Below are positions 59,605 to 64,000 of a DNA stretch of 64,000 nucleotides, in pieces. The notes beneath the pieces are model-generated. The model was not told the origin of the DNA and ran no database searches. It saw nothing but the letters and a program-made list of their open reading frames with translations. The stretch is from an uncultured Actinomycetes bacterium (GTDB taxonomy: Bacteria; Actinomycetota; Acidimicrobiia; Acidimicrobiales; JACCXE01): contig CAVRKD010000004.1 of NCBI GenBank assembly GCA_963722185.1, forward strand, positions 130,918 through 194,917, read 5' to 3'. A program made the position numbers and the translations under genes. The stretch's first letter is position 1, and every line of letters starts with the position of its first letter.

Positions 59605-61388
59605 CGAGGCGGACGAACTCGTCGATGCGGGCGCGGACCACGTCGAGTGACGCCGTCCAGAAACGCGACGTCGGTGACGTCGATGTCGAACCGGGCGGCG
59701 AGCGCCGCCGCGCTGCCGAGTCCGGTGGCCGACAGCAAGTCGTCGTAGCCAGAGCGGAACTTCTCCGGGTCCTCCCGGTACGCCGCGTACAGGCCGATGC
59801 CGAACAGCAACCCGAAGCAGTAGGGCCAGTTGTAGAACGCGCTGCCGTAGTAGTGCGGCTTGGCCGCCCACATGTAGGGGTGGTTGACCGACAGCGCCTC
59901 GCCGTACGTCTGCGCCTGGGCGTCGGCCATGAGCTCGCACAACTCGGCCACCGACAGCGCCCGGTCCTGACGGCGCTCCGACATCGCCTGCTCGAACAGG
60001 AACCGCGAGTGGATGTCGACTACGACCTGGCAGCTTCCTTGCAGGTCGATCTCGAGGATGTTGCGCCGGGCGTTGTCGTCGGCGTTGGCGAGCCCGTGCT
60101 CGACCATGATCGTCTCGCAGAAGATCGACGCCGTTTCCGCCAGCGCCATCGGCGTCATCCGCTGGTACGGCGTGCGGTCGGCCAGTTGCGTGTTGTGGTA
60201 CGCGTGACCGAGTTCGTGGGCGAGCGTTTGCACACTGTCGAACGTGCCGTTGAAGTTGAGCAGCACCAGGCTGCGATCGGCGTCGACGCTCATGCAGAAC
60301 GCGCCGCCGCCTTTGCCCTCGCGGATCTCGGCGTCGATCCACTTGTCGTCGATGGCGCGCTTGGCGAGGCCCGCAAGCTCGGGCGAGTAGCCACCGAACG
60401 CCGATTGCACTGCGGTGTTGGCGCCGTCCCAGTCGATCGCCGCGTCGGCGCCGGTCGCGACCGGAGCGAACATGTCGTAGAACGCCAGGTGATCGCCGAT
60501 GCCGAGCAGCTTCGCTTTCGCGTCCATGTACCGACGGAAGTCGGGGAAGCTGGCGACGGCCGCTTCTTGCATCGCCGCGAGCGTTTCCGCTTCGACGTTG
60601 TTGAGCAGCAACGAGGTCTCGAGCGCGTTCGCGAACCCGCGGCGACCGTTCAGCATCGCCGCCTCACCCTTGATGGAGTTGAGCGCGGCGGCGATGGGTA
60701 CCGACCACTGCTCCCAACCGGCGATCTCCGCGTCGTACGCCGCCTTGCGCGTGTCGCGGTTCTCGTCCATGGCCAGCGAGCGCACCTGCGCCATCGGCAG
60801 TTCCTTCACACCGATGTCGGGCAGGTCGACGGGCACCGTGATGCGCGCCGTCACGTCGCTGTACATGCGGTACCAGGCCGATCCGCCGGTGAGCGCCAGA
60901 TCGCTCGCCAGAGCTTCCTCTGGCTCCGTCATCTGGTGCGACGCCCGCAGTGCGGCGCGCTCGAGCGGGAAGGCGTGGTCGGCGGCGACGGTCGACGCGT
61001 TGACGAGCTGCTCGGTGTCGAAGCGGGCGACGTACGCGTCGAGGCGCGTGCGCAACTTGCCGAGCCGTGCCGAATCCTTCTGCAGACCCGACAACTCCGC
61101 CTGAGCGGCGTCGTCGCGGGCGTCGGTGGTCACGAACGACGAGATGTAGGCGTTGACGGTGCGCAGCTGATTGAGAATGCCGTTGGTGCCCTCGATGGCC
61201 GCCTCGAAGGCGCTCACCGTCTTGTCGGTCACGTCGAGCGAATCGCCCCCGCGGACTTCGTTCTCGTCGTACAGCGCTTCCAGGCGCACCACCTCGGCGC
61301 CGAAGGCTTCGCGGGCGGCGGCGTATTCGCGGGACGCAAGCGACGGGTAAAGATCAGAGAGGTCCCAGTGGGGGAGAGCGGTCGACAT
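59601..61388 (-). CDS. pepF: M3-family oligoendopeptidase F
   Basis: 595 aa. Zinc motif HELGHAYH. PepF-like length and layout. Confidence 0.85.
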   Translation of the reverse strand: MSTALPHWDLSDLYPSLASREYAAAREAFGAEVVRLEALYDENEVRGGDSLDVTDKTVSAFEAAIEGTNGILNQLRTVNAYISSFVTTDARDDAAQAELSGLQKDSARLGKLRTRLDAYVARFDTEQLVNASTVAADHAFPLERAALRASHQMTEPEEALASDLALTGGSAWYRMYSDVTARITVPVDLPDIGVKELPMAQVRSLAMDENRDTRKAAYDAEIAGWEQWSVPIAAALNSIKGEAAMLNGRRGFANALETSLLLNNVEAETLAAMQEAAVASFPDFRRYMDAKAKLLGIGDHLAFYDMFAPVATGADAAIDWDGANTAVQSAFGGYSPELAGLAKRAIDDKWIDAEIREGKGGGAFCMSVDADRSLVLLNFNGTFDSVQTLAHELGHAYHNTQLADRTPYQRMTPMALAETASIFCETIMVEHGLANADDNARRNILEIDLQGSCQVVVDIHSRFLFEQAMSERRQDRALSVAELCELMADAQAQTYGEALSVNHPYMWAAKPHYYGSAFYNWPYCFGLLFGIGLYAAYREDPEKFRSGYDDLLSATGLGSAAALAARFDIDVTDVAFLDGVTRRGPRPHRRVRPPR

Positions 61389-61406
61389 GACCGCACACTA
61401 TTGGGA

Positions 61407-61682
61407 CTACGTGAGGTGCGACCGCAGCTTTCCGAGGGCGCTGAGCTGTACGGCGCGTAGATCGCTGCGCCGCAGGTGCAGCTCGGTCTCGAGGTCGAGG
61501 AGGCGGTGCGGGATGTTGCCCTCCAGGCCGAAGCGCTTGACGATCACCTCGCGCTCAAGCGGCGTCAGCTCGTCAAATAGATGGCGGTCGGCGTGGAGGG
61601 CGAGCATGTCCTCGTCGAACGTGGCATCGACATCGGCGGTGTCTTTGCCTTCAAACTCGTCCGGATACCAGGCATAGCTCAT
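61407..61682 (-). CDS. small sigma-70 region-4-like HTH protein
   Basis: 91 aa from ATG 61682. LTPLEREVIVKRFGLEG...LRRSDLRAVQLSALGKLR resembles sigma region 4.2. There is no region 2. Confidence 0.55.
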   Translation of the reverse strand: MSYAWYPDEFEGKDTADVDATFDEDMLALHADRHLFDELTPLEREVIVKRFGLEGNIPHRLLDLETELHLRRSDLRAVQLSALGKLRSHLT

Positions 61683-61739
61683 AGGTTCTGGTGTACGCCT
61701 TGAGAAGAAAAGTTCAAGTCTTGACATGAGGAGCGCTTC

Positions 61740-62786
61740 ATGAAATACCGCCCGATCGGCCGCACCGGCATCCAGGTGACCCCGTACTGCCTCGGGGCGA
61801 TGATGTTCGGGGAGTGGGGCAACACCGACCACGACGAGTGCATCCGGATCATCGACGCCGCCCTCGACGGCGGCATCAACTTCATCGACACCGCCGACGC
61901 CTACTCCGCCGGTGAGTCCGAGGAGATCGTTGGGAAGGCGTTGCGCGGCAAGCGCGACTCGGTGGTGCTGGCGACGAAGTTCTACATGCCGATGGGTCGC
62001 GATCCGAACATGGCGGGCGGCTCGCGGCGCTGGATCATGAAGGAGGTCGAGAACAGCCTGCGGCGCCTCGACACTGACTACATCGACCTGTACCAAATTC
62101 ATCGGCCGATCCCGGGCACCGACATCGACGAGACGCTCGGCGCGCTCAGCGACCTCATCCATCAAGGCAAGGTGCGGATCATCGGTTCGTCGACGTTCCC
62201 GGCTGAAGACATCGTCGAGGCGCAGTGGGTCGCCGAGAAGCGCAACCGCGAGCGGTTCACCTGCGAGCAGCCGCCGTACTCGTTGTTCGCCCGCGGCATC
62301 GAGACCGCCGTGCTGCCCACCATCGAGCGCTTCGGCATGGGCGCGATCGTGTGGAGCCCGCTCGCCGGCGGTTGGTTGACGGGCAAGTACCGCAAGGGCG
62401 ACGCCCAACCCGATTCGCACCGCGCCCGCCGCGTGCCGGGCCGTTTCGACTTCAGCCTGCCGGAGAACCAGCGCAAGCTCGAACTCGTCGATCAGCTCGA
62501 GAAGGTCGCGGCCGACGCCGGCCTGTCGATGACGCATATGTCGATGGCGTTCGCCGTGTCGCACCCGGCGGTCACCTCCGCGATTATTGGGCCGCGCACG
62601 ATGGACCAACTCACCGACGTGCTCGCCGGAGCGGCGGTCGAACTCACCGACGACACGCTCGACGCGCTCGACGCGATCGTCCCGCCGGGTACCACGCTCA
62701 ACGCGGCGGATGCCGGTTGGTCGCCGCAGTCCATCACCCAGTCGTTCCGTCGCCGGCGTCCGGTCGGGCGCCGCGCCGTGGGTTAA
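61740..62786 (+). CDS. aldo/keto reductase
   Basis: 348 aa. SD GAGGAG. GINFIDTADAY, catalytic Tyr/Lys context and IGSSTF motifs. Confidence 0.88.
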   Translation: MKYRPIGRTGIQVTPYCLGAMMFGEWGNTDHDECIRIIDAALDGGINFIDTADAYSAGESEEIVGKALRGKRDSVVLATKFYMPMGRDPNMAGGSRRWIMKEVENSLRRLDTDYIDLYQIHRPIPGTDIDETLGALSDLIHQGKVRIIGSSTFPAEDIVEAQWVAEKRNRERFTCEQPPYSLFARGIETAVLPTIERFGMGAIVWSPLAGGWLTGKYRKGDAQPDSHRARRVPGRFDFSLPENQRKLELVDQLEKVAADAGLSMTHMSMAFAVSHPAVTSAIIGPRTMDQLTDVLAGAAVELTDDTLDALDAIVPPGTTLNAADAGWSPQSITQSFRRRRPVGRRAVG

Positions 62787-63958
62787 CTCGGAGGTCGGAG
62801 CGACGCGCTGAGCGCCTCGACGGCGGAGAAGTCGGTGTTCGTGATCATCACCGACACGAAGCCGTCGCTGACGCGCCAGAGCAGCGAGGAGGAGTACGTG
62901 TGCGTCCCGCCCGCGTGGCCGACGCTCTCCTCGCCGACGATCCACCCGTAGCCCTGACCGCCGCCTTCGGCGCGGGCGACCCGCTGCGTCATTGCGTCGC
63001 GGGCGAGGTCGGCAGGAAGAAGGGTTCGCCAGCCGGCGACGAAACGCGCCAGGTCGTCGACGGTCGCGACGAGGCCGCCGGCGCTCGGCACGCTCGGCAC
63101 TAACCGCTCCATCTCGACGGCGCGCCCGTCCTCGTTGCGGTAGCCCGGGCCGACATCGGCCGGCCACGACTCGGCGAAAGTCGACGCCTCCATGCCAAGA
63201 GGGACGAGGACGGTCTCGCAGATGGCGTCGACCACCGGCTTGCCGGTCACACCGGCGATCACTTCACCGAGCACGGTGTAACCGCCGTTGCTGTACTCGC
63301 GGCGGTCACCCGGTTCGAAGTCGAGCGCCACAACACTGCCGAGCATGTCGACCGCCGGCGGCGCCACTTCGAGGTAGTGCTCGAACGCCGACGAGACGCC
63401 GGCGGTGTGGGTGAGTAGTTGGAACACGGTCACGTCGTCGGAGGCGAGCTTGAGGGATTGCAGGTACGCGTTGGCTGATCCGTGCAGGTCGAGGTCGCCC
63501 GAGGCGACCAGCGTCAGCGCGGTGACGGCGGTGAAGAGCTTGGAGATCGACCCGGCGAGCATGCGCGTGTCGAGCTCGACCGCACGGCCGGCGTCGAGGT
63601 CGGCGTATCCGCCGGCGATCCGCCACCGCGGGATCGCGCCATCACCGCCGTAGGCGCCGGCGACGACGCCGACCAGTCCATTGGCGCGGTACGCGTTTTG
63701 GAGTGCGTCGAGCGGTGCTCCGGCGCCGTCGGCCACCCACGGCGCGTCGACCAGGCGCTCGTCGTCGAGTTCGTTGCGCACGGGCCGGATCACCAAGCCA
63801 CGAAAACGATGCGGCGACTCACGCTCGACGTTGACCGCCGCCTCCATGGCGCCATACGAAACGAGCAGGGCGTCGCCGCGTTCGTGCCGGCCCGCCTCCG
63901 GTGTGGTCACGATCTCGGCCGCGCCGGTGACAAACGCGACCAGCTGTTGTGCGGGCAC
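62783..63958 (-). CDS. serine hydrolase (beta-lactamase / PBP4* family); 5' end may lie beyond window
   Basis: SxxK motif (GSISK). The frame stays open upstream of GTG 63958 to the window edge. Confidence 0.7.
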   Translation of the reverse strand: MPAQQLVAFVTGAAEIVTTPEAGRHERGDALLVSYGAMEAAVNVERESPHRFRGLVIRPVRNELDDERLVDAPWVADGAGAPLDALQNAYRANGLVGVVAGAYGGDGAIPRWRIAGGYADLDAGRAVELDTRMLAGSISKLFTAVTALTLVASGDLDLHGSANAYLQSLKLASDDVTVFQLLTHTAGVSSAFEHYLEVAPPAVDMLGSVVALDFEPGDRREYSNGGYTVLGEVIAGVTGKPVVDAICETVLVPLGMEASTFAESWPADVGPGYRNEDGRAVEMERLVPSVPSAGGLVATVDDLARFVAGWRTLLPADLARDAMTQRVARAEGGGQGYGWIVGEESVGHAGGTHTYSSSLLWRVSDGFVSVMITNTDFSAVEALSASLRPPS

Positions 63959-64000
63959 CGCTTCGAGAAACGACGGCGTGAATCCATCGACGGCGGCGGC

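Noticed and set aside
61722-61727. Perfect TTGACA hexamer as a -35 element for the aldo/keto reductase gene
   Set aside because: It lies only 12 nt upstream of the ATG, just ahead of the SD GAGGAG. That leaves no room for a -10 element and a transcript start.

Overview
High-GC actinobacterial (Actinomycetota-type) core chromosome, almost entirely housekeeping genes. I found no rRNA, tRNA, CRISPR array, transposase, integrase or phage gene, and no obvious accessory island or new multi-gene system.

Gene order along the window:
- hom' / thrC
- rho-rpmE-(hypothetical)-prfA-prmC-tsaC
- LMW-PTP-rpiB-glyA
- wecA, then a complete F1F0 ATP synthase operon (atpI-like, B, E, F, H, A, G, D, C)
- LigT-GNAT fusion and an L,D-transpeptidase
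- two paralogous surface proteins
- glpX, an ICM-like acyl-CoA mutase large subunit, murA, nfu, meaB, an enoyl-CoA hydratase and a WhiB-family regulator
- a GalT-like protein, iscS-mnmA, dsbA-like, ligA and a 4-PASTA Ser/Thr kinase
- several MFS transporters, ferredoxin-gatCAB, pepF, an aldo/keto reductase and a serine hydrolase

Four things the ordinary annotation does not explain:
1. At least 21 single-base frame disruptions, plus one more inferred, sit in otherwise perfectly conserved essential genes. All but one are +1 insertions. They cluster strongly: 12 in atpA/G/D/C and 5 in PTP/rpiB/glyA. This looks like insertion-biased sequence error, not decay, but it needs checking.
2. A roughly 70-nt tripartite intergenic motif occurs three times with fixed internal spacing. 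Each copy has a strong hairpin next to it.
3. There are two exceptional palindromes: a 47-bp perfect AT-rich one at 31766-31812 and a 50-nt near-perfect one at 12445-12494.
4. A pair of paralogous secreted proteins carry different anchors. One ends in a LAxTG sortase signal. The other has an N-terminal anchor and a Thr/Pro-rich tail.

All functional calls rest on motif and family recognition by eye. No database search was run.
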